Part shown: piece after piece, positions 47,541 to 57,922 of the stretch
How the letters are laid out: each line of letters opens with the position of its first letter
How positions within the stretch are numbered: the stretch's first letter is position 1
Sequence record: PV173775
Origin: Escherichia phage GEP001
DNA length: 64,000 nucleotides
Reading direction: 5' to 3' (one strand)
Notes under the pieces: model-generated
Databases searched by the model: none
What the model was told of the DNA's origin: nothing
The model's input: only the letters and a program-made list of their open reading frames with translations
Made by a program: the position numbers and the translations under genes

Positions 47541-47881
47541 TGTTTATCTTTAACTGGTTTAAAAATTTCTTTACGGATTTTTTCTTTACAGCTCCTGGAG
47601 AAGGTGTAGTTCCTATTTCAAACGACTACCTTCCTTTAACTGTAGTTGAATATGTTTATATGGGAGATGGAACAGTAGAAGCAGTTACTATGACTTATGA
47701 AGAAGCCCAAGAATATTATAAAAATCCTTGGCGCTGGTCAACACCTACTGCATCATCTAATACACAGAATACACAATCTAGTTCTGATTCATATGACACT
47801 AATGTTCCTGTTCATGTATGGGCGGGCGATTCATGTGGAAGTTCTTGTGATTCTAGTTGTTCATCTACATCTTGTGATTGA
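47540..47881 (+). CDS. hypothetical protein with Ser/Cys-rich C-terminal tail
   Basis: ATG overlapping upstream stop; tail [18 protein letters not shown]. Confidence 0.5.
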   Translation: MFIFNWFKNFFTDFFFTAPGEGVVPISNDYLPLTVVEYVYMGDGTVEAVTMTYEEAQEYYKNPWRWSTPTASSNTQNTQSSSDSYDTNVPVHVWAGDSCGSSCDSSCSSTSCD

Positions 47882-48375
47882 GGAAAATTATGGAAGCGAT
47901 TTTGTTTGAAATGTATATTAGTAGTAATAGTTTGTCGTTTGCTAAAGACGTTCCAATTACCGTAGCAGTAATGATTGATAAGGGTTATTGTGACCCAATG
48001 TATCTCGTAGAAAATTTCGTTTCAATGCCAGTTCCAGAAGATGCTGAAATAAAACTTAAAAAGATTGGTATTATTGAAACTGTACCAAATATTCCGTTTA
48101 GAGCAATTGAAGCATTTACTAAATCCGAATACATTAATGTTAGCGCAGAACAATATAATGATAAACCTTTATCTTTCTATTCGTATGATTCATTATATAG
48201 TTGGAAAATAGATAAAGGAAATAAATTTATAATTGCGAGTGAAGATGCGTTATCATACTTTATTTCTTCTATATGGAATAGTTTACATCCAAATTTGCTA
48301 AAAATTCATGAATTTGATGATGCTCCTACTGTTGTTTTAGGTAAAACAAATGAAAGTTCTGAAGAAAATGTTTGA
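47878..48375 (+). CDS. hypothetical protein (165 aa)
   Basis: ATGA-type overlap; GAGGAAA SD. Confidence 0.55.
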   Translation: MRKIMEAILFEMYISSNSLSFAKDVPITVAVMIDKGYCDPMYLVENFVSMPVPEDAEIKLKKIGIIETVPNIPFRAIEAFTKSEYINVSAEQYNDKPLSFYSYDSLYSWKIDKGNKFIIASEDALSYFISSIWNSLHPNLLKIHEFDDAPTVVLGKTNESSEENV

Positions 48376-48553
48376 ATGGTTCAATAGACCAAACTCAATG
48401 TACATTGATGATGGTTGGGTTGAACAGGCAAATAAAGAAATGCAGAACGAATCAGAAGAATGGATGAAATCAATGATTAGTGCCGAGAAAGAAAAGAAAT
48501 TAGAACGCTCAGCGCTTAAATTGATGAGAGACATCTATGGGGATAAATCGTGA
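48350..48553 (+). CDS. hypothetical protein (67 aa)
   Basis: overlaps end of upstream ORF. Confidence 0.45.
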   Translation: MKVLKKMFEWFNRPNSMYIDDGWVEQANKEMQNESEEWMKSMISAEKEKKLERSALKLMRDIYGDKS

Positions 48554-48706
48554 ACAGAGATATGACGCTAGAAGAGGCCAAGGCTAAAGCAAATGAAGCA
48601 CTGGATTTGCTTCTTAAAATTGGCAGTAAAATGATGGAAGAAAATGAGAAATATATCCAGGAAAACAAAATTCCTGACGGCCCATTAGTAGGCAAGAGGA
48701 AATCAC

Positions 48707-49177
48707 ATGATTGAAGTAGCAAAACTATATTCAATAGAATTTATGTCTAAAGAAGGTAAATCTGTAAATACACTTGACAAAAAGTGCTCATTAATTATTC
48801 CTTTAGCAGAAAATCCGGATATTTTAATTAAAGATATAAAAGAAAGAAAATATCCAGAAGATGTTATTCTAATTATAAAGCATACTGAAGATATTTTGCA
48901 GCATATTGATTCACCATTTTCTTCTTCTGAGGCTTTAACTATCAAAGGCTATAAAAGAGCTCATGAATATGGTCTTTTTGACCTATTTGAAGACGATAAA
49001 GTTAAATTAGCGAGTCAACCTTCTAAAAGTAAAACATTCATTATTGAAGATATTAAAGATATAAATGCATTTGTTAAGATGGTCTGGGCTCATTTTGATG
49101 TTGGACTACGCTGGAGAATGTCCGAAGAAGAAAGAAAGATTATTGAAACTAATCGTTATTTTGGTTTTTATCGCTAG
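48707..49177 (+). CDS. hypothetical protein (156 aa)
   Basis: GAGGAAA SD. Confidence 0.55.
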   Translation: MIEVAKLYSIEFMSKEGKSVNTLDKKCSLIIPLAENPDILIKDIKERKYPEDVILIIKHTEDILQHIDSPFSSSEALTIKGYKRAHEYGLFDLFEDDKVKLASQPSKSKTFIIEDIKDINAFVKMVWAHFDVGLRWRMSEEERKIIETNRYFGFYR

Positions 49178-49185
49178 GAATTAAT

Positions 49186-49368
49186 ATGGATTTATTTGAG
49201 ATGTTAGAAGATAATCATTCTACGAATATCCAGAATGATTCTAGTGATTATAAGAAAGAATACCGTATAGTATTACAGAATTATGGAATTGAAGCCCCAG
49301 ATGCTCTTCTAGAAGAACTAGCTTCATACCATCTTGACCCTCCGCCCTGGGCTCCCTGGGCAAAATAA
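49186..49368 (+). CDS. hypothetical acidic protein (60 aa)
   Basis: AGGAA SD; ends in PPPWAPWAK. Confidence 0.45.
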   Translation: MDLFEMLEDNHSTNIQNDSSDYKKEYRIVLQNYGIEAPDALLEELASYHLDPPPWAPWAK

Positions 49369-49379
49369 TTCAAAAAGTT

Positions 49380-49409
49380 GTTTACTTTCCTTCCTAACGA
49401 TGATATGAT
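49380..49409 (+). promoter_or_regulatory. T4-type early promoter upstream of modB
   Basis: GTTTAC, 18 nt, TATGAT. Confidence 0.5.
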
Positions 49410-49435
49410 AGCTTCTGAAGTATATGGAGGCTATC

Positions 49436-50059
49436 ATGATTATTAATCTTGCAGATGTTGAACAGTTATCTATAAAAGCTGAAAGTGTTGATTTTCAATA
49501 TGATATGTATAAAAAGGTCTGTGAAAAATTTACTGATTTCGAGCAGTCAGTTCTTTGGCAATGTATGGAAGCCAAAAAGAATGAAGCTCTTCATCGGCAG
49601 TTGAATAAAATCATTAAAAAGCATTTAACTAAATCACCTTATCAGCTATATCGTGGTATATCAAAATCGACAAAAGAGCTCATTAAAGATTTACAAGTTG
49701 GAGAAGTGTTTTCAACGAATAGAGTAGATTCATTTACTACTAGTTTGCACACAGCATGTGGTTTTTCTTATGTTGAGTATTTCACTGAAATAATATTTCG
49801 CTTAAAAACTGATAAAGCTTTTAATTATTCTGACCATATCAGCGATATTATACTTTCTTCTCCTAATACTGAGTTTAAGTATACATATGAAGATACTGAT
49901 GGATTAGATTCAGAACGTACTGATAACTTAATGATGATTGTGCGTGAACAAGAATGGATGATTCCAATTGGAAAGTATAAAATAACTTCTATTTCAAAAG
50001 AAAAATTACACGATTCATTTGGAACATTTAAAGTGTATGATATTGAGGTAGTTGAATGA
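49436..50059 (+). CDS. modB: ADP-ribosyltransferase ModB
   Basis: 207 aa from ATG 49436 (GGAGG SD); R-S-E ART triad context (YRGIS...STN...E); paralog of adjacent gene. Confidence 0.7.
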   Translation: MIINLADVEQLSIKAESVDFQYDMYKKVCEKFTDFEQSVLWQCMEAKKNEALHRQLNKIIKKHLTKSPYQLYRGISKSTKELIKDLQVGEVFSTNRVDSFTTSLHTACGFSYVEYFTEIIFRLKTDKAFNYSDHISDIILSSPNTEFKYTYEDTDGLDSERTDNLMMIVREQEWMIPIGKYKITSISKEKLHDSFGTFKVYDIEVVE

Positions 50060-50658
50060 AATATTCAGCAATGCAATTAAAAGATTTTAAAATCAAATCA
50101 ATGAATGCATCGGTGCGTGCTTCTATTCGTGAAGAATTACTTTCTGAAGGATTTAATTTATCCGAAATTGAACTTTTAATTCATTGTATTACTAATAAGC
50201 CAGACGATCATTCTTGGTTAAATGAAATAATCAAATCTCGTTTGGAACCAAACGATAAACCTCTTTGGAGAGGTGTTCCAGTTGAGACTAAGCAGGTGTT
50301 AAATCAAGGAATTGATATTATTACATTTGATAAAGTAGTATCAGCTTCATATGATAAAAATATAGCTCTGCATTTTGCTTCTGGATTAGAATACAACACA
50401 CAAGTTATTTTTGAATTCAAAGCTCCTATGGTATTTAATTTTCAGGAGTATGCTATAAAAGCTCTACGTTGTAAAGAATATAGTCCAAGTTTTAAGTTTC
50501 CAGATAGCCATCGCTATCGTAATATGGAATTAGTTTCAGATGAACAAGAAGTAATGATACCAGCTGGAAGTGTATTTAGAATTGCAGATAGATATGAGTA
50601 TAAAAAGTATTCAACATACACTATCTATACTCTTGATTTTGAAGGATTTAATCTATAA
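50056..50658 (+). CDS. modA: ADP-ribosyltransferase ModA
   Basis: 200 aa; ART motifs (LWRGV...SAS...); ATGA overlap with modB. Confidence 0.7.
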   Translation: MKYSAMQLKDFKIKSMNASVRASIREELLSEGFNLSEIELLIHCITNKPDDHSWLNEIIKSRLEPNDKPLWRGVPVETKQVLNQGIDIITFDKVVSASYDKNIALHFASGLEYNTQVIFEFKAPMVFNFQEYAIKALRCKEYSPSFKFPDSHRYRNMELVSDEQEVMIPAGSVFRIADRYEYKKYSTYTIYTLDFEGFNL

Positions 50659-50714
50659 TGGAAGGACTTAGATTCATTATACCATGAAAGTTTTAAAGCA
50701 TTTTTCATAAAGTT

Positions 50715-50744
50715 GTTTACAAGCTGAAGTAAAAATGATATAGT
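50715..50744 (+). promoter_or_regulatory. T4-type early promoter
   Basis: GTTTACAAG, 18 nt, TATAGT. Confidence 0.5.
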
Positions 50745-50773
50745 ATAAGTAGTTAACCGTCCGTGAGAAAAAT

Positions 50774-51520
50774 ATGAAACTATCTAAAAATCAAATTCGT
50801 AAAATTACACGTCGTTTAGAGCATACTCAGGCATCAGCTAAAAGACGTTCTAAAGATTTTAACTTAGACTTCAATTACATTAAGAACATTTTAGATCAGA
50901 AAGTTTGCGCTTACTCGGGAGAACCTTTTGATAATCGTATTGAAGGAGAGAAATTATCATTAGAACGTTTTGATAATAACGTTGGATACATTAAAGGGAA
51001 TGTTATTGCAGTAAAGAAAAAGTATAATACATTTCGTTCTGATTATACTTTAGAAGAGTTGATTGAAAAGCGTGATTTATTTGCTTTGCGAATTGGTCGT
51101 TCATCTGCGAAAAAAGTTCATAAACTAAATTTAGATGAAAAGAAATGGGCTAAAATCAAAAAGACTTATAATCAAATTAAAGCTATACAGAAAAAACGTG
51201 AAAACCGAATTGAGCACATTTCTCAGCTTTCTAAGTCAAAACAAACATCTGACATTAAGCTAACGATTATAGCGCTTAAAGCTCGTATTGATGGTTCTCG
51301 TATAGCAGAAGGCGCTGAAGTTGTTAAATTGAACGTTCTTCTTAAAGGCTCGGATTGGAAAACTGTGAAAAAGTTGTCAGAAGCAGAAATGCAATATGAT
51401 ATGTGTGATAAAATTATTCAAGGTGTAGAGCGGTATCAAAACTTGTCTTTTATTGATAAACTTAAACTGAAAAGAGGATACCCGCTAAATTGTTCAATTT
51501 TTAAACTTATCCGAGGATAA
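50774..51520 (+). CDS. hypothetical protein (248 aa), position of T4 srd
   Basis: basic N-terminus; positional assignment only. Confidence 0.5.
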   Translation: MKLSKNQIRKITRRLEHTQASAKRRSKDFNLDFNYIKNILDQKVCAYSGEPFDNRIEGEKLSLERFDNNVGYIKGNVIAVKKKYNTFRSDYTLEELIEKRDLFALRIGRSSAKKVHKLNLDEKKWAKIKKTYNQIKAIQKKRENRIEHISQLSKSKQTSDIKLTIIALKARIDGSRIAEGAEVVKLNVLLKGSDWKTVKKLSEAEMQYDMCDKIIQGVERYQNLSFIDKLKLKRGYPLNCSIFKLIRG

Positions 51521-51521
51521 T

Positions 51522-51833
51522 ATGTTTTATGTATATGCGATAGTGTATAGAGATAAAGATGGATTTGCGGTGCCTGTTCCTCTTGATGAACATCGTCCTG
51601 CTATATTTTTTGAAAGGGAGATTGCTGATAAAGTATTTACAACTCTTAAAGAGCAGTATCAACTAGCTTTAGGTATGGGAATTCCGAGATTAGTTGAGAC
51701 TCCACGCAAGTTTTGGTTTAATAAAATAGAAGTTAAACATGTTAAGCCTGATGTAGACACACAAAGATTATATCGGCGAATTTTAGATACTGGGCGTATT
51801 GTTAGTATACCAATTGCAGGGAATTTACGATGA
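51522..51833 (+). CDS. hypothetical protein (103 aa)
   Basis: GAGGA SD; coupled to dda. Confidence 0.55.
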   Translation: MFYVYAIVYRDKDGFAVPVPLDEHRPAIFFEREIADKVFTTLKEQYQLALGMGIPRLVETPRKFWFNKIEVKHVKPDVDTQRLYRRILDTGRIVSIPIAGNLR

Positions 51834-53149
51834 CATTTGATGATTTGACAGAAGGCCAGAAAAATGCCTTTAACATCGTTATGAGGGCTATCAAAGAAAA
51901 GAAACATCATGTAACTATTAATGGACCTGCCGGTACTGGTAAAACTACTCTTACTAAGTTCATCATTGAAGCTTTAATATCTACAGGCGAAACTGGAATT
52001 ATTTTAGCAGCTCCTACACATGCAGCTAAAAAGATTCTTTCAAAACTATCAGGGAAAGAAGCAAGTACTATTCACAGTATTCTCAAAATTAACCCAGTAA
52101 CATACGAAGAAAACGTTCTTTTTGAACAAAAAGAAGTACCGGATTTGGCTAAATGCAGAGTATTAATCTGCGACGAAGTGTCAATGTATGATAGAAAGCT
52201 ATTTAAAATTCTGCTTTCAACTATCCCGCCGTGGTGTACTATAATTGGAATAGGCGATAATAAGCAAATTAGACCTGTTGACCCAGGAGAAAACACTGCT
52301 TATATCAGTCCATTCTTTACGCACAAAGATTTTTATCAGTGTGAACTCACTGAAGTTAAACGCAGTAATGCTCCTATTATTGATGTAGCTACTGATGTTC
52401 GTAATGGTAAGTGGATTTATGATAAAATTGTTGACGGGCATGGAGTACGTGGATTTACTGGTGATACCGCTTTACGCGATTTTATGGTAAATTATTTTTC
52501 AATCGTAAAATCACTAGATGATTTGTTTGAAAATCGTGTAATGGCATTTACGAATAAATCTGTTGATAAGTTAAATAGCATTATTCGTAAAAAGATTTTT
52601 GAAACTGATAAAGACTTTATTGTCGGTGAAATTATTGTAATGCAGGAACCATTAATTAAAACATATAAAATTGATGGAAAGCCTGTGTCAGAAATTATTT
52701 TTAATAACGGACAATTAGTTCGTATTATAGAAGCAGAGTATACATCAACATTTGTTAAAGCTCGTGGTGTTTCTGGAGAATATCTAATTCGTCATTGGGA
52801 TTTAACAGTAGAAACTTACGGCGATGATGAATATTATCGTGAAAAGATTAAAATAATTTCATCTGATGAAGAGCTGTATAAGTTTAACTTATTTTTAGGT
52901 AAAACGGCAGAAACTTACAAAAATTGGAATAAAGGTGGAAAAGCTCCGTGGAGTGATTTTTGGGATGCTAAATCACAGTTTAGTAAAGTGAAAGCACTTC
53001 CTGCATCAACATTCCATAAAGCTCAGGGCATGTCTGTAGATCGTGCTTTTATCTATACGCCTTGTATTCATTATGCAGATGCTGAACTAGCGCAGCAGCT
53101 TCTTTATGTTGGTGTCACTCGTGGTCGTTATGATGTGTTTTATGTATGA
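51830..53149 (+). CDS. dda: Dda DNA helicase (SF1B)
   Basis: 439 aa; Walker A GPAGTGKTT; Walker B ICDEVSM; matches T4 Dda. Confidence 0.9.
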   Translation: MTFDDLTEGQKNAFNIVMRAIKEKKHHVTINGPAGTGKTTLTKFIIEALISTGETGIILAAPTHAAKKILSKLSGKEASTIHSILKINPVTYEENVLFEQKEVPDLAKCRVLICDEVSMYDRKLFKILLSTIPPWCTIIGIGDNKQIRPVDPGENTAYISPFFTHKDFYQCELTEVKRSNAPIIDVATDVRNGKWIYDKIVDGHGVRGFTGDTALRDFMVNYFSIVKSLDDLFENRVMAFTNKSVDKLNSIIRKKIFETDKDFIVGEIIVMQEPLIKTYKIDGKPVSEIIFNNGQLVRIIEAEYTSTFVKARGVSGEYLIRHWDLTVETYGDDEYYREKIKIISSDEELYKFNLFLGKTAETYKNWNKGGKAPWSDFWDAKSQFSKVKALPASTFHKAQGMSVDRAFIYTPCIHYADAELAQQLLYVGVTRGRYDVFYV

Positions 53150-53170
53150 TTAAATTTGAGGAAGCTATTC

Positions 53171-53416
53171 GTGGAAATAACTAAAGACCAGTTTTATCTA
53201 CTTCAAGATAAAGTGAGTGAAATTTATGAAATAGCTTATAGTAAAAATCGCAAAAACGTGAAAATTGAATCAGGCAAGTTAATGCTTCAATTGGAAGAAA
53301 TTGAACGAGATTTGATTGCGTTAGAATTCTTTTGTGGTGAAGTTAAAACTGTTACAATCAGTGATTACATTTTAGGTGAAATTAGCCATCTTTATAAGGC
53401 GGTTATTAATGATTGA
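53171..53416 (+). CDS. hypothetical protein (about 81 aa), tandem paralog A
   Basis: GTG 53171 with GAGGAAG SD (track starts at TTG 53156); similar to next ORF. Confidence 0.45.
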   Translation: MEITKDQFYLLQDKVSEIYEIAYSKNRKNVKIESGKLMLQLEEIERDLIALEFFCGEVKTVTISDYILGEISHLYKAVIND

Positions 53417-53651
53417 ATTAAGTTTGCATCAGTTTAAATCTCTTATGACAAATGTTAAAGCTGTCATTCAAGAAAATTCAGGACCTGATAATGTTACTAT
53501 TCGCGAAAAAGCTTTAAAGATAGTATACAGTCTTGAAGAGATACAAAAAGATATTGAATCTATGGCAAAATTTATTGATGAGCCCATTAATAAAGTTTAT
53601 ATCCAAGATTATACTGTAGGTCAAATTCGCGATTTAGCGAGGAAAATTTAA
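53409..53651 (+). CDS. hypothetical protein (80 aa), tandem paralog B
   Basis: ATG overlapping upstream stop; shares LEEI...D...YxxGxI pattern with paralog A. Confidence 0.45.
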   Translation: MIELSLHQFKSLMTNVKAVIQENSGPDNVTIREKALKIVYSLEEIQKDIESMAKFIDEPINKVYIQDYTVGQIRDLARKI

Positions 53652-54334
53652 TGTTTGATTTTATTATAGATTTTGAAACAATGGGAAGCGGTGAAAAGGC
53701 AGCTGTTATTGATTTGGCTGTTATTGCCTTTGACCCTAATCCAGAAGTAGTTGAAACGTTTGATGAATTAGTTTCACGCGGCATTAAAATCAAATTTGAT
53801 TTAAAAAGCCAAAAAGGACATCGTCTTTTTACTAAAAGCACTATCGAATGGTGGAAAAATCAGTCTCCTGAAGCTCGAAAAAATATTGCACCGTCAGATG
53901 AAGATGTAAGCACTATCGATGGTATTGTAAAATTTAATGATTACATCAATGTACATAACATCGATCCTTGGAAATCTCAAGGCTGGTGCCGTGGAATGTC
54001 GTTTGATTTTCCAATTTTAGTCGATCTCATTCGTGATATTCAACGTCTTAATGGCGTTTCTGAGAATGAACTTGACACATTTAAGTTAGAACCATGTAAA
54101 TTCTGGAATCAGCGTGATATTCGTACCAGAATTGAAGCACTTCTCCTTGTTCGTGATATGACCACGTGTCCTCTTCCAAAGGGAACTTTAGATGGATTCG
54201 TTGCACATGATTCTATTCATGACTGTGCGAAAGACATCCTGATGATGAAGTATGCTTTGCGATATGCTATGGGTCTTGAAGATGCTCCGTCAGAGGAAGA
54301 ATGCGATCCTCTATCTCTTCCAACAAAACGATAA
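53651..54334 (+). CDS. dexA: exonuclease A DexA (DEDD family)
   Basis: 227 aa; N-terminal DFETMG exo motif; matches T4 DexA. Confidence 0.9.
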   Translation: MFDFIIDFETMGSGEKAAVIDLAVIAFDPNPEVVETFDELVSRGIKIKFDLKSQKGHRLFTKSTIEWWKNQSPEARKNIAPSDEDVSTIDGIVKFNDYINVHNIDPWKSQGWCRGMSFDFPILVDLIRDIQRLNGVSENELDTFKLEPCKFWNQRDIRTRIEALLLVRDMTTCPLPKGTLDGFVAHDSIHDCAKDILMMKYALRYAMGLEDAPSEEECDPLSLPTKR

Positions 54335-54340
54335 AAAGTT

Positions 54341-54370
54341 GTTTACTTCCTCGGTTAGTTGTGGTATTAT
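54341..54370 (+). promoter_or_regulatory. T4-type early promoter
   Basis: GTTTAC, 18 nt, TGTGGTATTAT; paralogous to 44928 cassette. Confidence 0.55.
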
Positions 54371-54397
54371 AACACCATAGCTACTGAGGATAATAAA

Positions 54398-54901
54398 ATG
54401 AAAATTTATCGTGTTGAATCATCTTTTAGTATTCTTAATTATGAAGATGCTATAACAATACGTCGAAATCTTTGTGTTCAAATAACACCGTACAGGAGTA
54501 TAATAGATTCATGGAGCGAAGAGTGGTTATTACACGTAGGTTATGACAGACCTAATTTTATGCATCATAGCGATAATAATAATAAAAGAATTCCTTTACC
54601 ACACGAAGATAAACTATTAGTTAAAAACGCTAATATAGTAATTAATACTAAGTTCAAGAAAGATTATGTTGGAGTAGAATATCATATTCCAGGATGGTTT
54701 ATAGCTCTTTATCATTTTGCTTTCGCTAGTGAATATGATATGATGAGATGGTTCACACGAGAAGAGCGGGAAGAATTATCTTCTAAAGGATTTTATCTCG
54801 CTGTGTATGAAGTTCCAGATGATCAAGTTATCATTGGCGGGCACCAAGTAATGTTCCGCAAATCGCATGCTGAACTCATAGATTTTATTGAAATGAGATA
54901 A
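54398..54901 (+). CDS. hypothetical protein (167 aa)
   Basis: GAGGATAATAAAATG start after early promoter. Confidence 0.5.
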   Translation: MKIYRVESSFSILNYEDAITIRRNLCVQITPYRSIIDSWSEEWLLHVGYDRPNFMHHSDNNNKRIPLPHEDKLLVKNANIVINTKFKKDYVGVEYHIPGWFIALYHFAFASEYDMMRWFTREEREELSSKGFYLAVYEVPDDQVIIGGHQVMFRKSHAELIDFIEMR

Positions 54902-54903
54902 TT

Positions 54904-55446
54904 ATGAAATTTAATTATAATCCTGAATACATACCAAATCCGGTAGCTAAACTGATTGATTTTGATGTTGTAAGCACTTATGTATGCCCTGTTAAACCAC
55001 TGGAAATTAAGGAATCTACTATGACTACCGCTATTGAAATCGGCAAAACCTACAAACTAGTTGAACCTGAAATTAAAACCAATGCCTTGATTTCCGGCTA
55101 TAAAACTTTGACTGGTGTTTTTGGCGAAGGCGAATTTACTGTTGAAGACTTTGAAAAAAGTAAATGGTTTACTAAATCTTATATTGTCCACGGTCGTCGT
55201 TTAGACAATAACAAAATAGAGAAAATCCTGGTTTATGAAGCAGAGTTCATCCTGTTCCAAGAAGTTGAAGAACAAGACCCTACAGACCTTCTAACTCGTG
55301 CGGTAGCTATCAAGACCCCATTTGTTTCGGTCTGTGGTTGGGTAACAGACCAGTGGATTGAAGATGGTGTTGAACTTCTGAACGTTGTTCATGCAGGTGA
55401 TTTTAGCGTAGTACCTCGTAGTACGGTGGTAGCTATTTTGAATTAA
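54904..55446 (+). CDS. hypothetical protein (180 aa), paralog of 55523..56020
   Basis: C-terminal ...TDQWIEDGVEL.N.V..G....VP motif shared with downstream ORF. Confidence 0.55.
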   Translation: MKFNYNPEYIPNPVAKLIDFDVVSTYVCPVKPLEIKESTMTTAIEIGKTYKLVEPEIKTNALISGYKTLTGVFGEGEFTVEDFEKSKWFTKSYIVHGRRLDNNKIEKILVYEAEFILFQEVEEQDPTDLLTRAVAIKTPFVSVCGWVTDQWIEDGVELLNVVHAGDFSVVPRSTVVAILN

Positions 55447-55448
55447 TA

Positions 55449-55484
55449 GTTTACAAACTCTTGGGACCAGAGTATAATGGTCCC
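55449..55484 (+). promoter_or_regulatory. early promoter with inverted repeat flanking -10
   Basis: GTTTAC 55449-54, TATAAT 55473-78; arms GGGACC (55463-68) and GGTCCC (55479-84). Confidence 0.55.
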
Positions 55485-55522
55485 GCGGAGTATAAAATCT
55501 TTTTAACAAGTGAGAGATAACT

Positions 55523-56020
55523 ATGATTATTAATATTGGTGAAATTGCTCGTGTATCTGATAAATCTCGTTCTAAAGCAGCAGGAAAATTGGTCGAAATT
55601 GTAAGCATTCAGCTTAAACACGGCGTTAAAGATGAAGATTCTGAAGTAAAAGTGCGTATCATTCCTAAAGATGGAAAGTCTAAACCTCAGTTTGGCTATG
55701 TTCGTGCGAAATTTCTTGAATCTGCGTTTTTGAAAGCTGTTCCCGCTAAAGGAATTGAGACGATTGATACTTCACATGTAGGTGTAGACTTTAAGTGGAA
55801 ACTCGGTCAGGCTATTAAGTTCATTGCTCCTTATGAATTCGAATTTACCGAAGATGAGGAAGGGGTTGTTCAAAAACATCGTACTCGTGCTATGTGTGCA
55901 TACATTACCGATCAATGGGTAGAAGATGGCGTTAAGTTGTACAACGCGGTATTTTTAGGAACATACAAAGTCATTCCTGAAAGTTGGATTAAACACTATA
56001 GCAAAGCTCGCTGTGCATAA
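55523..56020 (+). CDS. hypothetical protein (165 aa), paralog of 54904..55446
   Basis: GAGAGATAA SD; C-terminal ITDQWVEDGVKLYNAV motif. Confidence 0.55.
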   Translation: MIINIGEIARVSDKSRSKAAGKLVEIVSIQLKHGVKDEDSEVKVRIIPKDGKSKPQFGYVRAKFLESAFLKAVPAKGIETIDTSHVGVDFKWKLGQAIKFIAPYEFEFTEDEEGVVQKHRTRAMCAYITDQWVEDGVKLYNAVFLGTYKVIPESWIKHYSKARCA

Positions 56021-56053
56021 AGTTTAAAATTTTTTCATAAAACTATATACATC

Positions 56054-56090
56054 AGTAGTTGATTATGGTACTATATCAATATCAACTACT
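56054..56090 (+). promoter_or_regulatory. promoter-like element with perfect 10-bp inverted repeat around -10
   Basis: arms AGTAGTTGAT (56054-63) and ATCAACTACT (56081-90) flank TATGGTACTATATCAAT; no clear GTTTAC. Confidence 0.4.
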
Positions 56091-56117
56091 GATACAGAAA
56101 ACAACTTGGAGAATAAA

Positions 56118-56387
56118 ATGGAAAACTTAATTATCATCGAACAATCTTTCAACGATTATGGTATGGCTTATGGTTATCGTGCGATAATGGAAGATTCTCG
56201 TGGATGTGTTATCGATATTGCTGAATGTAAAGATTTACTGCAGCTTTTGAAGATTGTTCGCAAAAATTGGGATTGTGAAAACATTAAAGTTCGTGTTGTA
56301 ACGGAAGAAGAAACTGTTTTTCATGATGTAAAATTTGCCAAAGGTGCTGCTACTCTTCTGAAACGCATCGCTCCACTGTTCAATTAA
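56118..56387 (+). CDS. hypothetical protein (89 aa)
   Basis: GGAGAATAAAATG initiation motif downstream of inverted-repeat promoter. Confidence 0.5.
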   Translation: MENLIIIEQSFNDYGMAYGYRAIMEDSRGCVIDIAECKDLLQLLKIVRKNWDCENIKVRVVTEEETVFHDVKFAKGAATLLKRIAPLFN

Positions 56388-56400
56388 TGAGGAAATTGTA

Positions 56401-56616
56401 ATGAAACGTAAAATTGTTCAGAACTGCACTAATGACGAATTTGAAGATGTATTATTTGATCCAGATTTGGTAGTGGTTCAAAAGGAACATACCGTTAAGT
56501 TTACTCACTTGACTTCGGTTTATGTGTATGAAAAGGTTGGTGATAAACAGCCGATTTACGGTGTATTCCGTGAAATTACTGAAGATGGCACAACTTACTG
56601 GAAGGAAATTTATTAA
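56401..56616 (+). CDS. hypothetical protein (71 aa)
   Basis: GAGGAAA SD. Confidence 0.5.
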   Translation: MKRKIVQNCTNDEFEDVLFDPDLVVVQKEHTVKFTHLTSVYVYEKVGDKQPIYGVFREITEDGTTYWKEIY

Positions 56617-57035
56617 TGGCTATTAAATTTGAAGTTAATAAATGGTATCAATTTAAAAATAAACAAGCTCAAGAAAATTTTATTAAAGACCATACTGATA
56701 ACGGAATCTATGCACGACGTTTAGGTATGGAACCTTTTAAAATTTTAGATGTTGACTATTACGGGCGTCCTACTAAAATTGTGACATCTACTGGCACAAT
56801 TGGATATTCAACATGTGGTACAGTCATTGACGAAAACTTTATCTGGCTCTCTACTAACGAAGCTGAGTTCTTTGATGAAGTTGAAAATCCATACCAGGCT
56901 GCTGAAGAACAAGAGCAGGAAGAGCAAGAACAAATAGAAGATTTCACAGAATTCCCGGTAATGAAAGTTACTATTGAAAATAATGAACAGGCATGGTCTT
57001 TGTATCAGATGTTGAAAGCACATTTTAAGGAATAA
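56616..57035 (+). CDS. hypothetical protein with acidic EQEQEEQEQ tract (139 aa)
   Basis: ATG overlapping upstream stop. Confidence 0.5.
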   Translation: MAIKFEVNKWYQFKNKQAQENFIKDHTDNGIYARRLGMEPFKILDVDYYGRPTKIVTSTGTIGYSTCGTVIDENFIWLSTNEAEFFDEVENPYQAAEEQEQEEQEQIEDFTEFPVMKVTIENNEQAWSLYQMLKAHFKE

Positions 57036-57037
57036 TT

Positions 57038-57214
57038 ATGCCAATGTATGATTATAAATGCCAATCCGAAGATTGCGGGCATGAATATGAAAAAATTAAA
57101 AAGATTTCTGAACGAGAAAATGATGTTTGCCCTAAATGTCATCGTTTGTCTACTCGTCGGCCTTCTGCTCCTAAGCATGTGAATGGTGGATTTTACGACT
57201 TACTTAAAGGGTAA
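57038..57214 (+). CDS. FmdB-type zinc-ribbon protein (58 aa)
   Basis: MPMYDYKCQSEDCGHEYE...CPKC matches the MPxYxYxCxxCG zinc-ribbon pattern; not in ORF track. Confidence 0.5.
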   Translation: MPMYDYKCQSEDCGHEYEKIKKISERENDVCPKCHRLSTRRPSAPKHVNGGFYDLLKG

Positions 57215-57216
57215 TT

Positions 57217-57588
57217 ATGTTTAAAATTGGTAAGAAATATCGTGTTCGCGAAGGTGAAGAAAAGAAATATCTACTTTCTTCTATTTATAGGAATGGTTCT
57301 ATTAATGCCGTAATATCTACAAGCGAATTTATCGTTGAAGATATGAAAGGCCATAATGTTACAATGATTAGTACAGCATCTGGAAATGATGGAAAAATTC
57401 TTCACAGTTTTCAGAGTAATGTTCTAATTTATGATGAAGAATTTGACTTCTTCGAAGAAGTTCCTGAAGATTTTGATTTTGAATGCACCATCACTATGAA
57501 ATCTGGTGACCCTCTTTCATTTACGGTTAAAGATGAAAGAAGTCGCTTGAGAATTATTAGTCTCCTTCAAGCCATTAAATTTGAGTGA
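57217..57588 (+). CDS. hypothetical protein (123 aa)
   Basis: AAAGGG SD; 2 nt after upstream stop. Confidence 0.55.
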   Translation: MFKIGKKYRVREGEEKKYLLSSIYRNGSINAVISTSEFIVEDMKGHNVTMISTASGNDGKILHSFQSNVLIYDEEFDFFEEVPEDFDFECTITMKSGDPLSFTVKDERSRLRIISLLQAIKFE

Positions 57589-57592
57589 AATT

Positions 57593-57853
57593 ATGAAATA
57601 TGTTAATCGTTCTATCGCGGCATTAGTATTAGCAGTATCTTTAGTAGGATGTACTGATGCTGATAATGCAACCAAAGTTTTGTCTTCAAGTGGGTTTACT
57701 AATATTGAAATCACTGGATACAATTGGTTTGGTTGCTCTGAAAATGATTTCCAACACACTGGATTTCGTGCTATTGGACCTACCGGGCAAAAAGTAGAAG
57801 GAACCGTGTGTTCTGGTCTATTCTTCAAGGATTCGACTATCCGTTTTAAATAA
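57593..57853 (+). CDS. lipoprotein (86 aa)
   Basis: signal peptide ending LVGC lipobox; ATG 57593 within track ORF. Confidence 0.5.
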   Translation: MKYVNRSIAALVLAVSLVGCTDADNATKVLSSSGFTNIEITGYNWFGCSENDFQHTGFRAIGPTGQKVEGTVCSGLFFKDSTIRFK

Positions 57854-57870
57854 AAGGCCTTCGGGCCTTT
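57853..57870 (+). terminator. UUCG hairpin
   Basis: AAAGGCC TTCG GGCCTTT; downstream context resembles 25416-25460. Confidence 0.5.
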
Positions 57871-57922
57871 AGCTTTATGATTACCGGAGTATAATATTCC
57901 CGAAACCAAACGAGGATAAGTG

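Noticed and set aside
48550-48714. 54-codon GTG-initiated ORF between 48350..48553 and 48707..49177
   Set aside because: Plausible but rests on a GTG start with a modest SD and has no recognisable features; left unannotated.
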